DNA of 36,034 nucleotides, taken from Nanohaloarchaea archaeon B1-Br10_U2g21. GTDB lineage: Archaea; Nanohalarchaeota; Nanosalinia; Nanosalinales; Nanosalinaceae. Position 1 is the stretch's first letter; every line of letters starts with the position of its first letter. Position numbers and translations under genes: made by a program. A model generated the notes under the pieces. It was given only the letters and a program-made list of their open reading frames with translations, ran no database searches and was not told where the DNA came from. The stretch spans positions 1 to 36,034 of the forward strand of contig LKMP01000009.1 in the NCBI GenBank assembly GCA_001563915.1, given 5' to 3'. This document shows positions 16,393 through 26,076 of the stretch, one piece after another.

Positions 16393-18369
16393 CTATCGCA
16401 ACATTGATCCCGGAAAATCTATTACCTGAGTCTCATACTCTCCGCCCTCCCCTGCCGCATGAAACCCATATTTTTCCGAAAGCTCAATCAACTCTTCAAC
16501 ATTATCCTGATCCAGAACTCTACCTTCCCATTCTTTTTCAAGACCTCTAGCGGCAACATCAGTTATTTCGACTTCAAAACCCTTCCTGACAAGCCAGCGC
16601 ATATAATTAACAGGATTCTCGCTCCACAAAGGCGTAAAAACTTTGAGCCCTAAACTTTCAGCTACTTTCTCCACTCTATCACGCTGATATGTAGATGCCA
16701 AGGCCCCCGAAACAACACCTTCTACCTCATAATCCTCCACAGCTTTTTCTAAACCCTTCTCTAAATCATTAAGCTCTTCCTCTTTTTCCCCCATTGTTTC
16801 CTGAAAGATTAACGGCACCCTCATTTTCGAGGCCTGTTCTTCAATTATTTTTTCCTCTTTTTTCGAGTCAAACATATAACTATCTCTATTCTCGGATCTC
16901 AAAGATAACAGACACGAAATTTCATTTTTCCGCCTCATTATTCTATATATGGCGGCGTTAGAGTCCTTTCCTCCCGATGTAAGAGCTACAAGCCTATTAT
17001 TTGATTTTTGGACGTCTGAATTTTGCCGCTTAGAACCTCCTTGATACTCTCCGTTTCGTAAAGAGTTAAGATATGCTTGTTTACTAACAAATTCATTTTC
17101 CTTAGCCAACTTGCTGATAGCCTTATCGAAGTTGCTACCGTATTGTGCGGCAACCTTCCCTCTCCAAGCTACGTCTTCAGGCACACCTAACTTTACGGCA
17201 GCCTTTCTCAAAACATATTTCCTGTAGCCCTCAGACTGTTTCTGTTCGCTTGGAATTGTCAATGCGTTTTCTACCAAGTCACAATCAAGAAACGGGACTC
17301 TCAGCTCATACCCATTGCGGAATCCAATAACATTATCTCTATAGAGATCTCTTTCGAATAAACCTCTTAATCCCGAAAGACATTCTTTGTTTAAATAATT
17401 CTGCTGACGGTGATACCCGGCATATAGTTGTTCTGATCCTAATCCTGACATCACGACCTTTTCATCCCCATTAAGAGCCATATGAAAAGGCAAAGCAACA
17501 CCTAATTTAACAGCACTTGTCGATGAAATCCAATTTGCAAGCTTAGGTAAAGCTTCTTCAACTTCTTCAAGAGCTACTTCTCGAATTTCTAAGTCTAAAT
17601 TCATTTCTTCAGCCGTTTTTTCAGCCCATTCCAAGTCACGAGGCTTACTAGTGTTACCATACTGTATTCCTGACGTATAGCACGTAAAGTCTTTTTCTAA
17701 CTCTTGTAGCGCTGCAGCAATTAACGTAGAATCAACACCGCCAGAAAACAAAAGACCTAATTCTGTGCTAGGTACTCTCTTTTCTACAGCTTTCAGAAAT
17801 AATTCTTTGATTCTTTCCGCATTTTCTTCTACTGAGGCGTCTTTCTCATTTATCTCGAAGAACTCTCTCTGCTCAAAACTAATTTCTTTTGTTTTTCTAT
17901 CATATCTGAGTATTTGTCTTGGATGGAGTTCACGTGCTTTAAGACCTGCTTTTTCCAGCGCTTGTTTTTCCGATGAAAATGAAAAAGTCTCTGTAGAGTA
18001 CCATATTGGATTAACTCCCAGTAGATCTCTTGCAAGTATTAATTCATCTTCATCACAGTATGCAAACGCGTAAATACCGTCCAGGCTCTCTAATGCATTA
18101 AGACCTTCAATTTCTAGTAACTGAAATAGTAGTTCTGCATCATTTTCAGCTGTTAAATCTCTCTCTTCTGAAAGCGTTTTCCAGTTGTATATTTCGCAGT
18201 TTGCGACCAGCATCCCTTTTCCCTTTAACGGTTGCTCCACATCTCCAACTACCGAATGAAGTATATGACCCATACCTCTAGTTTCTTTCTTTTTTGTGCC
18301 TCTATGCTCGAGATGTCGGCCTATTTCCTCAGTTAGTTCAAGAGTTTCTGATCCATAAATGCCGCACAT
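16393..18369 (-). CDS. Fusion of class II glutamine amidotransferase, asparagine-synthetase-like domain and diphthine--ammonia ligase (Dph6)
   Basis: MCGI N-terminus (ATG 18369), NCEIYN, LARD..G..P, SGGVDS and ELRVPFLD; then SGGKDS, SYMF, GALASTYQRDRVE and GEGGEYET. Confidence 0.9.
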   Translation of the reverse strand: MCGIYGSETLELTEEIGRHLEHRGTKKKETRGMGHILHSVVGDVEQPLKGKGMLVANCEIYNWKTLSEERDLTAENDAELLFQLLEIEGLNALESLDGIYAFAYCDEDELILARDLLGVNPIWYSTETFSFSSEKQALEKAGLKARELHPRQILRYDRKTKEISFEQREFFEINEKDASVEENAERIKELFLKAVEKRVPSTELGLLFSGGVDSTLIAAALQELEKDFTCYTSGIQYGNTSKPRDLEWAEKTAEEMNLDLEIREVALEEVEEALPKLANWISSTSAVKLGVALPFHMALNGDEKVVMSGLGSEQLYAGYHRQQNYLNKECLSGLRGLFERDLYRDNVIGFRNGYELRVPFLDCDLVENALTIPSEQKQSEGYRKYVLRKAAVKLGVPEDVAWRGKVAAQYGSNFDKAISKLAKENEFVSKQAYLNSLRNGEYQGGSKRQNSDVQKSNNRLVALTSGGKDSNAAIYRIMRRKNEISCLLSLRSENRDSYMFDSKKEEKIIEEQASKMRVPLIFQETMGEKEEELNDLEKGLEKAVEDYEVEGVVSGALASTYQRDRVEKVAESLGLKVFTPLWSENPVNYMRWLVRKGFEVEITDVAARGLEKEWEGRVLDQDNVEELIELSEKYGFHAAGEGGEYETQVIDFPGSMLR

Positions 18370-18465
18370 GCTTCTTCTCAAGTTGAGAAATTATATGTAT
18401 CTCGACTAGAAATAGAAGAAAGGTTTTAATTTCTGAGACTCTCACGTTCATCTAGGTGTTACTAA

Positions 18466-18663
18466 ATGTACGAGACTCTAAAAAGAGAGCTTAAGGATAA
18501 GGGAGAAATCATGATTCGTTTTGACTCAGGTGAAGAAAGAGAATTGCACCTGCATAACACAGAATTCTTGGAGGCCCCAATGATTAAAGTGGATGCTGAC
18601 GATGAAATCCACTGGTTTAATGCCAAGAAGATTGAACGGTATTGGATCCACATGGATTTCTAA
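18466..18663 (+). CDS. Small hypothetical protein
   Basis: SD AGGTG upstream; beta-rich acidic 65-aa ORF. Confidence 0.7.
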   Translation: MYETLKRELKDKGEIMIRFDSGEERELHLHNTEFLEAPMIKVDADDEIHWFNAKKIERYWIHMDF

Positions 18664-18710
18664 AAGCGCTCCGATATTTCTAAAAATTCTTATCTCCTAT
18701 TTTTTTCTTA

Positions 18711-18956
18711 ATGGCATACTATTTAGATACACATAACCGGAACTACCCAAATAACTCCGATTTAACGCAATTTAATGGTGAAGCTTCTTTCGATTACAAA
18801 GTTAGAGGTACTTTAAGAAGTTTCGAACACTATTCTCGTCTAGCAAGACTTCCTGATGTCCACGCCGAATTAGTAGACGAAAATTACCTCGGACTTGAAG
18901 CAGAACTCCTGTATGATGAAAAATATTATGATAAAATTGGGAGAGAATTACTCTAA
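18711..18956 (+). CDS. Hypothetical protein
   Basis: 81-aa acidic ORF filling the gap before the convergent nucS. Confidence 0.45.
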   Translation: MAYYLDTHNRNYPNNSDLTQFNGEASFDYKVRGTLRSFEHYSRLARLPDVHAELVDENYLGLEAELLYDEKYYDKIGRELL

Positions 18957-19727
18957 AGAATGAGAAGGCTTGAAATCAGAAAGGCCTTTCTGGCTATTGT
19001 CAACTGCTTCATAACTAGGGATTATCTGAGCCATCTCCACACCTACAAACTCCAGACCTCTTTCCTCTAAATAGTCTTGAATTTTTTCAGAGAGCTTAGG
19101 AGCCATTAAAATGCCTCTTATATCTCCTTGAAACTCGTCATCTATTTCTTCTACATAGCGCTGGAGTTGAAGGACAGTATTATAGTCAGGATTCCTCTTT
19201 ACCTCAATAACCACATAGACATTATCTTTGTCTCGGGCAAAAACATCTATGAATCCTGCATCTGTCTCTTTCTCTCGTTCCACAACTTTCAGACCATCCT
19301 CTACAATTTCCGGATTTTCCTCTATTGCCTCATGTATATCGACTTCATGACCTGCTATCTTTAACTCTGACTTGTCCACTAACTGATCTACTGTAATAAA
19401 CGAAATTTCGTCAAAGAAAACTTCGACTACCTCATCAGGATTTCTGCGTAATGCTTTCAAGACTAGGCCTTCTTCTTCAATTTCAACCTTAAATGAGTCA
19501 ACTTCTGGCTGCCAATTCTTAGGTTGGTAATTCTCAGGCCCATGCACAAGTAATGCAGAGTCTTGCTTTTTCAACAAAATTCTCTCACCCCGATCAAGCT
19601 TTGACTTAGCTCTTCCACGATAATTAACTGTACAGAGACCGTTAACCTGAACAGTGTACTCTCTAGATAAGTACTCTTTCAAGAGTTCTGCAGCCTCCTC
19701 AAAACTAGGGTTTTGGATAAGTTCCAC
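18948..19727 (-). CDS. nucS: Mismatch-specific endonuclease NucS/EndoMS
   Basis: C.V.Y.GRAKS.L..GER, K.D...LVH, P.NWQP and GFIDV...VIEVKR..QLQRY; GTG start. Confidence 0.96.
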   Translation of the reverse strand: MELIQNPSFEEAAELLKEYLSREYTVQVNGLCTVNYRGRAKSKLDRGERILLKKQDSALLVHGPENYQPKNWQPEVDSFKVEIEEEGLVLKALRRNPDEVVEVFFDEISFITVDQLVDKSELKIAGHEVDIHEAIEENPEIVEDGLKVVEREKETDAGFIDVFARDKDNVYVVIEVKRNPDYNTVLQLQRYVEEIDDEFQGDIRGILMAPKLSEKIQDYLEERGLEFVGVEMAQIIPSYEAVDNSQKGLSDFKPSHSLE

Positions 19728-20081
19728 ATTGAGAAATTCACAGTAAAGTTTTTACTCCTAACTAGGAAATCCAATCACAATTTATAGATTCTGGAAAAAC
19801 AGAGCAGCAGCAATAATTTTTAATCCTATTTGAGATATGCGTAGTTTTACGCCTAATTTGAACGCTATAAAATTTAAAACGAATTTGGTAGTCCTAAGTG
19901 TCCTTGTATACGTTAAATTCGGCTAAATTAGAGTTATTTATGATCAATTATCAAGCACACTTTCGGAAACTAATTTCTAGTGAACAGTCTATTTTAAACT
20001 TTTCGGCTGTTCTCACCACCTATTTAAAGTTTATCGGAACAGTTCAGATATAACTACTAGCGTTTCTGAGGGCATTAAAAA

Positions 20082-20318
20082 ATGGCAATTGACGTACGTG
20101 ACCACGAGGCAGTTCCGGACCATGAGAAAATAGATGAAGAAGAAGTTAATGAGGTGCTGGAGAAATTTGATGCTGAGAAGTCTGATCTACCCGAAATAGA
20201 ACGAACCGACGCAGCACTCAAACAAATGGATGTGGAAGAAGGTGACGTCATCAAAATTGAGCGTAACAGCCCTACAGCTGGTAAAACCACATATTATAGA
20301 CTGGTAGTCGATAGGTGA
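20082..20318 (+). CDS. rpoH: RNA polymerase subunit H (Rpo5)
   Basis: H..VP.H, LP.I...D and GDVIKIER.SPTAG...YYRLV. Confidence 0.97.
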   Translation: MAIDVRDHEAVPDHEKIDEEEVNEVLEKFDAEKSDLPEIERTDAALKQMDVEEGDVIKIERNSPTAGKTTYYRLVVDR

Positions 20319-20325
20319 AAGAAAC

Positions 20326-21783
20326 TTGGATAAAAAATTCTTGGAGCAGCTGATAGAACAAAACTTGGTAAAACACCAGACCGAATCATACAATAGATTC
20401 ATAGAAGACCGAATACAAGCTATTCTTAACGAAGTAGGCAGTATTGAACCAGAACTTCCTGACGGAGAAGATCTAGTAATCAAAATCGTTGACATGGATA
20501 TAAAGAGGCCTAAAATTCACGAAGCAGACGGCTCAGTAAGAAAAATTACTCCAAGAGAAGCTCGAATGCGAGATTTAACCTATTCTTCTGAAATCAAAGT
20601 TGAAATGGCACCTATTTTCGAGGGAGTAAAGCAAGAACCTGAAGAAGTAACCATTGGAGAGATTCCAGTCATGGTGGGTAGCGATTTATGCTGGAGTTCT
20701 GACTGGGATGAAGAAGAAAAAATTGAAAACGGAGAAGATCCAAAAGATCCTGGAGGATATTTCCTAATAAACGGTTCTGAAAAAACTATTATCTCAATGG
20801 AGGAGCTTACAAACAACAAGCCAGTTTTCCTCCAAGATGGCGACGAACAGACGTGTAGAGTTAACTCAGAGAACTCTGGCTATGTACAGCGACACGTACT
20901 TACAAGAGATAAAGATATAGTTACCATATCATTCGCAAATGTGAAAAAGACTCCTGCTGTCGCACTTCTAAAAGCGCTAGGATATGAAACAGATAAAGAA
21001 ATAGTCGAAATAATCGGCGAAGAATATGCATCAGATATTTACTTGAACATCTACGAAGTTGATGCAGCAAATCAGCAAGAGGCATTCGAATATATTGCTA
21101 ACCGAGCCGGCGTAACTAACGACGTGGAAGAAAGAGTTTCTAGCATACTTGATGATTACCTTCTACCCCACCTCGGACAGGATCCTGAATTTAGAGAAGC
21201 CAAGGCAGAATTTCTCGCAAACATGATCAGAAATACTATTGCTCTTGGCAAAGGAGACATAACTGAAGACGATATCGACCACTATGCAAACAAAAGGCTC
21301 AATCTTGCCGGCGAACTACTAGAGATGCAGTTCAGATCTGTATTCCTCGGTAAATGGGGGCTAGTAGCAAGAATGAAGTATAACTTCCAAAAATCTGCTA
21401 AGCGAGGCCGGCTTCCAAGCCTACAATCTACAGTTGTCTCAGATACTTTGAGCAAACAGATAATGGGTGCTATGGCCACAGGTAACTGGGTCGGTGGACG
21501 AACAGGAGTCTGTCAGCAACTTGATAGAAACAATAGAATCAAAACATTATCGCACCAGAGAAACATTGTTTCTCCGCTAAGCAGCGATAGACAACATTTT
21601 GAGGCAAGAGACTTACACCCAACTCACTGGGGCAGAATTGATCCTATAAAAACACCGGAAGGTATGAACATTGGACTCAGGACACACTTAGCAATGAGCG
21701 CAGATGTATCAACAGGAATGACAGAAATGGAGAAGAACGCATTGAAAATGACATTAGAGCAAGTAGGAATTGAGGTGGAATAA
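20326..21783 (+). CDS. rpoB2: RNA polymerase subunit B'' (Rpo2N)
   Basis: EARMRDLTYS, DPGGYFLINGSE, DHYANKRL and ARDLHPTHWGR; TTG start with GGTGA SD. Confidence 0.97.
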   Translation: MDKKFLEQLIEQNLVKHQTESYNRFIEDRIQAILNEVGSIEPELPDGEDLVIKIVDMDIKRPKIHEADGSVRKITPREARMRDLTYSSEIKVEMAPIFEGVKQEPEEVTIGEIPVMVGSDLCWSSDWDEEEKIENGEDPKDPGGYFLINGSEKTIISMEELTNNKPVFLQDGDEQTCRVNSENSGYVQRHVLTRDKDIVTISFANVKKTPAVALLKALGYETDKEIVEIIGEEYASDIYLNIYEVDAANQQEAFEYIANRAGVTNDVEERVSSILDDYLLPHLGQDPEFREAKAEFLANMIRNTIALGKGDITEDDIDHYANKRLNLAGELLEMQFRSVFLGKWGLVARMKYNFQKSAKRGRLPSLQSTVVSDTLSKQIMGAMATGNWVGGRTGVCQQLDRNNRIKTLSHQRNIVSPLSSDRQHFEARDLHPTHWGRIDPIKTPEGMNIGLRTHLAMSADVSTGMTEMEKNALKMTLEQVGIEVE

Positions 21784-21785
21784 AA

Positions 21786-23576
21786 ATGACAGACGTATTT
21801 TTAGACGGAGAAATACTGGGAGAAATCGAAGAACCAGAACAAGTAAGACAAAAACTAATAGAACAGAGAAGAGAAGGACTGATTGATCAAGAAGTTAACG
21901 TCTACTATGCTGAAGACAAAGACGAAATCCGGATCAACACCGACTCAGGAAGAATTTTAAGACCTTTGATAGTAATAGAAGAAGGAGAAGCGTCAATAAC
22001 GGAAGAAGAAATAGAAGAACTAGGAGAAGACCTTGATTTAAAGGAACTAGAAGAAGAAGGGAAAATTGATTATCTAGATGCTGAAGAGGAAGAGAATGCC
22101 TACGTGGCTATGAACCGAGAAAACATAACTGAAGAACACACCCATCTAGAAATCGATCCAGAAATTATAAATGGAATTTCAGCATCTCTCGTAGTCTACC
22201 CCGAACATAATCGTGGAGACCGTGTAAACTTTGGAGCAAAAATGGTAGGGCAAGGTCTAGGCCTTCCAAGTACAGATTTCCACCAAAAATTCCCTACACG
22301 TTCAAACATACTAACTTATGGACAGGATCCAATCGTAACCACGAAAACTTACGATACCTTAGTAGGAAGACATCCTATCGGACAAAATATGGTAGTGGCG
22401 CTAGCGTCATTTGATGGATACAATATTGAAGATGCAGTAATTATGAACAAGGCCTCAATTGACAGAGGACTATCAAGAACGACTTACATGAGAACTTATC
22501 AAACAGAAGCTCAGCGTTTCTGGGGAGGACAGAAAGATGAGATTGGAATCCCTGATAAAGATGTCAGAGGGTACAGAAGAGAAGAAGTGTACGCTCACCT
22601 TGATGAAGATGGTATTGTTAACCCTGAAACGAAGGTAGATTCTGATGATGTGCTTATTGGTAAGACTTCTCCTCCAAAATTCCTTGGTAGCGATGCAGGC
22701 GAAGTACAAATGGGATTGGCTGACAGAAGAGAGACTTCTCTAACTGTCAGACATGGAGAAAGAGGAAAAGTCGATAAGGTGATGATTTCAGAGACAGGAG
22801 ATGGCGATAAACTTCTCAAAATTAAGATGAGAGAGTATCGTATTCCTGAGCTTGGAGACAAGTTTGCAACAAGGCATGGACAAAAGGGAGTGATTGGAAT
22901 GATTACTCCAGAAGAGAACATGCCATTTACTAGGCAGGGAATTACACCAGATATTATCCTTTCGACTCACGCTGTACCAAGCCGTATGACAGTGTCACAG
23001 ATAATTGAACTTATGGCGGGTAAAGCCGGAGCAATGAGAGGAGAACCTGTAGACGGGACCGCATACCATAATGAATCTAAAGAAGAAATCAAAGAACAGC
23101 TAGAGGAACTAGGATTCAACTCTACAGGAAAAGAAAAGATGTACAATGGAGTAACAGGAGAAGAAATGGAAGCAGAGATCATGATAGGCCCAGCATACTA
23201 CTTGAAGCTAAGCCACATGGTTGCTGATAAAGTCCACGCTCGTGGACGAGGACCAGTAACTCTTCTAACAAAACAACCGACAGAAGGCCGTTCACAGGAA
23301 GGAGGACTAAGACTAGGAGAGATGGAAAAGGATGTCTTCGTAGGACACGGCGCATCACTATTACTCAAGGAAAGATTCGGAGCAGACTCTACAGAAATTG
23401 AAGTATGTGCCGAGTGTGGAGAGATAGGTGTATATGACAGAAAAGAGAACAAGAAATACTGTCCAAATTGTGATTCTGAGAATGTAGAAGAATCAGAGGT
23501 TCCTCACGCATTCCTATTACTGATGAATGAGCTGAAATCCATGATGATGGATACGAAGGTTGAGTTAGAGGAGTAG
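21786..23576 (+). CDS. rpoB1: RNA polymerase subunit B' (Rpo2C)
   Basis: GYNIEDA, GDKFATRHGQKG, QPTEGRSQEGGLRLGEME and a C-terminal zinc finger. Confidence 0.98.
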   Translation: MTDVFLDGEILGEIEEPEQVRQKLIEQRREGLIDQEVNVYYAEDKDEIRINTDSGRILRPLIVIEEGEASITEEEIEELGEDLDLKELEEEGKIDYLDAEEEENAYVAMNRENITEEHTHLEIDPEIINGISASLVVYPEHNRGDRVNFGAKMVGQGLGLPSTDFHQKFPTRSNILTYGQDPIVTTKTYDTLVGRHPIGQNMVVALASFDGYNIEDAVIMNKASIDRGLSRTTYMRTYQTEAQRFWGGQKDEIGIPDKDVRGYRREEVYAHLDEDGIVNPETKVDSDDVLIGKTSPPKFLGSDAGEVQMGLADRRETSLTVRHGERGKVDKVMISETGDGDKLLKIKMREYRIPELGDKFATRHGQKGVIGMITPEENMPFTRQGITPDIILSTHAVPSRMTVSQIIELMAGKAGAMRGEPVDGTAYHNESKEEIKEQLEELGFNSTGKEKMYNGVTGEEMEAEIMIGPAYYLKLSHMVADKVHARGRGPVTLLTKQPTEGRSQEGGLRLGEMEKDVFVGHGASLLLKERFGADSTEIEVCAECGEIGVYDRKENKKYCPNCDSENVEESEVPHAFLLLMNELKSMMMDTKVELEE

Positions 23577-23587
23577 AGGTGTCTAAA

Positions 23588-26065
23588 ATGAGCAAGAAAA
23601 TTAACAAGATAGAATTTGGAATCGTAAGTACAGAAAAACTAGATAACATGGCCGTGAAAGAAATTGACAAGGCCGAAGTATACGATGCAGACGGATACCC
23701 AGTAGAAAACGGAGTAATGGACCCTGCATTAGGAGTAATCGACCCAGGAATGACCTGCCAGACATGCGGAGGCCGGATCAGAGAATGTAAAGGACACTTC
23801 GGAATGATTACGCTTTCAAGACCTGTAGTTCACGTATTATACGCCAAAAAAATCAGAAACCTGTTAAGATTCACAAATATTAATGAAAACGGCGAGTGCA
23901 CACTGCTCCTGAAAGATGAAGACAAAGCCCTTAGAAAGTCAAACATGATGAAGGAAGACCCTGAAACAGGGGAAGAAATATCAGATGTTAAACTAAACAA
24001 GCCCTACACTTTTGTAGAAAATGGGGAAGAAATCAAGCCAGAAGAAATCAAAGAAAGGTTTGAACAGATTCCTGATGAAATTGCCGCTAAACTAGGAGTA
24101 GAAGGATGTAGACCTGAAGATCTTGTACTTGAAAAAATACCTGTTCCTCCTGTAACAATCAGACCTTCAATAACTTTAGAGACTGGAGAAAGGAGTGAAG
24201 ACGATATAACTCACAAGTTAGTAGATGTAATAAGAATCAACAAGAGACTTCAGAATAACATTGAGATAGAAGCTCCTGAATTCATTATTGATGACTTACA
24301 TGAACTACTACAGTACCACGTATCGACATTATTCTACAATGATATGAACAGTGTGCCTCCAGCACGACACAGGTCTGGAAGATCGCTGAAATCTTTAATA
24401 GAACGAGTCCAAGGTAAACAAGGACGTTTCCGTGAAAATTTAATTGGTAAACGTGTTAACTTCTCTGCTCGTACCGTAATCAGTCCTGATCCAAATATTG
24501 GGATTAACGAAGTCGGGGTACCTAAACTTGTAGCCAAAAAACTGACAATCCCGGAAAAAGTAACCGAGAGAAACTACGACAGACTAATGGAGCATGTAGA
24601 AAATGGGCCAGACAATCATCCTGGTGCTAACTACGTTTTCCAACCAAACGGAAGCAGAAGAAGGATAACTGAAGAAAACCAAGAAGAACTTAAAGAAGTA
24701 ATAGAACCCGGAGAAGGATGGATAGTTGAGAGACAAATACAGGATGACGACACAGTCTTATTCAACCGGCAGCCTTCCCTGCACAGAATGTCTATAATGG
24801 CACACAAAGTCAAAGTACTGCCATACAGAACATTCAGGCTCAACCTTAACGTCTGCGCACCTTACAACGCAGACTTCGACGGCGATGAGATGAACTTACA
24901 CGTACCTCAAAGCGAAGAAGCACGAGCAGAAGCAGAAGAATTAATGAAAGTACAAGAACATGTCAAATCTCCAAAGATGGGAGGCCCGATCATTGGAATG
25001 CTTCAAGATTATGTATCAGGACTATACCTCTTGACACAAGAAGATAGAGAATTAGACAGAGAAAAAGCATTCAATCTCCTAGCAGAAGCAGGAGAACACT
25101 TCTCAGATCTGCCTGAAGGAGACACCGTATCAGGACGAGAACTAGTATCATTATTCATACCTGACGACATCTCTTTGACAATTAATGAAGGCGAAGATCA
25201 CGAAGTAGTAATAGAAGAAGGAAAACTAGTCAAAGGAGTACTTGATGAAGATGCACTTGGAGACTATGGAGGAGAGATCATCCAACAGCTCAGCATTGAA
25301 TACGGAAGCGATAAAGTCGCAGAGTTCCTAAACAGAGTATCAAGAGTAGGAGCAATCTTCCTAACAAAGAGAGGATTCAGCATAGGTCTAGACGATCTTG
25401 AAGTACCAGAGGAAGCGACTGAACAAATCAAAGAAGTAATTGAGGCCTCCGTAGAGAATACTGAAGAACTTCTCAAAGAATACGAAGAAGGAAAGATGGA
25501 GGCTATGACTGGTAAAACTCTTGAAGAATCACGAGAAATTCGTGTTACACGAGAGCTGAATGAAGCCTTCACAGAAATTGGAGAAATCATCAGCAATCAC
25601 TTCGATGAAGACTCCTCAGCTTACGTCATGGCAGACTCAGGCGCAAGAGGTTCAATGCAGAACGTTACAACAATGGCCGGAATGCTTGGACAGAACAGTG
25701 TACGAGACCAGAGAATTGAAAGAGGATACAAGAACCGTACATTAAGCCATTACAAACCTGGAGAAATGAGTCCAGAAGCAAAAGGATTCGTATCTTCAAG
25801 TATTCTTGAAGGACTAGAACCACAAGAGATGTTTTTCCACCAGATGGCTCAAAGAAAAGCGCTGATGGATAAGTCACTCAGGACTAAGACCTCTGGATAC
25901 ATGTATAGGCGTATTTCTAACTCTCTCCAAGACTTGAGAGTAGAGTATGATCAAACTGTGCGTAATGCGCAGGGAGAAATCATCCAGTTCCGAGCCGGTG
26001 AAGACGGAATTGACCCACAAAAATCCGATAGAGGAAGAATCACAACCACCATCTCAACAAAATAG
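23588..26065 (+). CDS. rpoA1: RNA polymerase subunit A' (Rpo1N)
   Basis: CQTC...CKGHFG, GKRVNFSAR, FNRQPSLH and YNADFDGDEMN. The ATG at 23588 follows a GAGGTG SD; GTG at 23579 is the alternative. Confidence 0.98.
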   Translation: MSKKINKIEFGIVSTEKLDNMAVKEIDKAEVYDADGYPVENGVMDPALGVIDPGMTCQTCGGRIRECKGHFGMITLSRPVVHVLYAKKIRNLLRFTNINENGECTLLLKDEDKALRKSNMMKEDPETGEEISDVKLNKPYTFVENGEEIKPEEIKERFEQIPDEIAAKLGVEGCRPEDLVLEKIPVPPVTIRPSITLETGERSEDDITHKLVDVIRINKRLQNNIEIEAPEFIIDDLHELLQYHVSTLFYNDMNSVPPARHRSGRSLKSLIERVQGKQGRFRENLIGKRVNFSARTVISPDPNIGINEVGVPKLVAKKLTIPEKVTERNYDRLMEHVENGPDNHPGANYVFQPNGSRRRITEENQEELKEVIEPGEGWIVERQIQDDDTVLFNRQPSLHRMSIMAHKVKVLPYRTFRLNLNVCAPYNADFDGDEMNLHVPQSEEARAEAEELMKVQEHVKSPKMGGPIIGMLQDYVSGLYLLTQEDRELDREKAFNLLAEAGEHFSDLPEGDTVSGRELVSLFIPDDISLTINEGEDHEVVIEEGKLVKGVLDEDALGDYGGEIIQQLSIEYGSDKVAEFLNRVSRVGAIFLTKRGFSIGLDDLEVPEEATEQIKEVIEASVENTEELLKEYEEGKMEAMTGKTLEESREIRVTRELNEAFTEIGEIISNHFDEDSSAYVMADSGARGSMQNVTTMAGMLGQNSVRDQRIERGYKNRTLSHYKPGEMSPEAKGFVSSSILEGLEPQEMFFHQMAQRKALMDKSLRTKTSGYMYRRISNSLQDLRVEYDQTVRNAQGEIIQFRAGEDGIDPQKSDRGRITTTISTK

Positions 26066-26076
26066 GTGACTAAAAA

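Noticed and set aside
13792-18956. Integrated element at tRNA-Lys
   Set aside because: No integrase, no duplicated tRNA 3' end seen and no obvious compositional shift; the genes are mostly housekeeping.
19728-20081. 350-bp AT-rich spacer as a replication origin (weak TTCTGGAAA / TTCGGAAAC / TTCTAGTGAAC words)
   Set aside because: No convincing repeated ORB consensus and no adjacent cdc6/orc1; divergent nucS/rpoH promoters explain it adequately.
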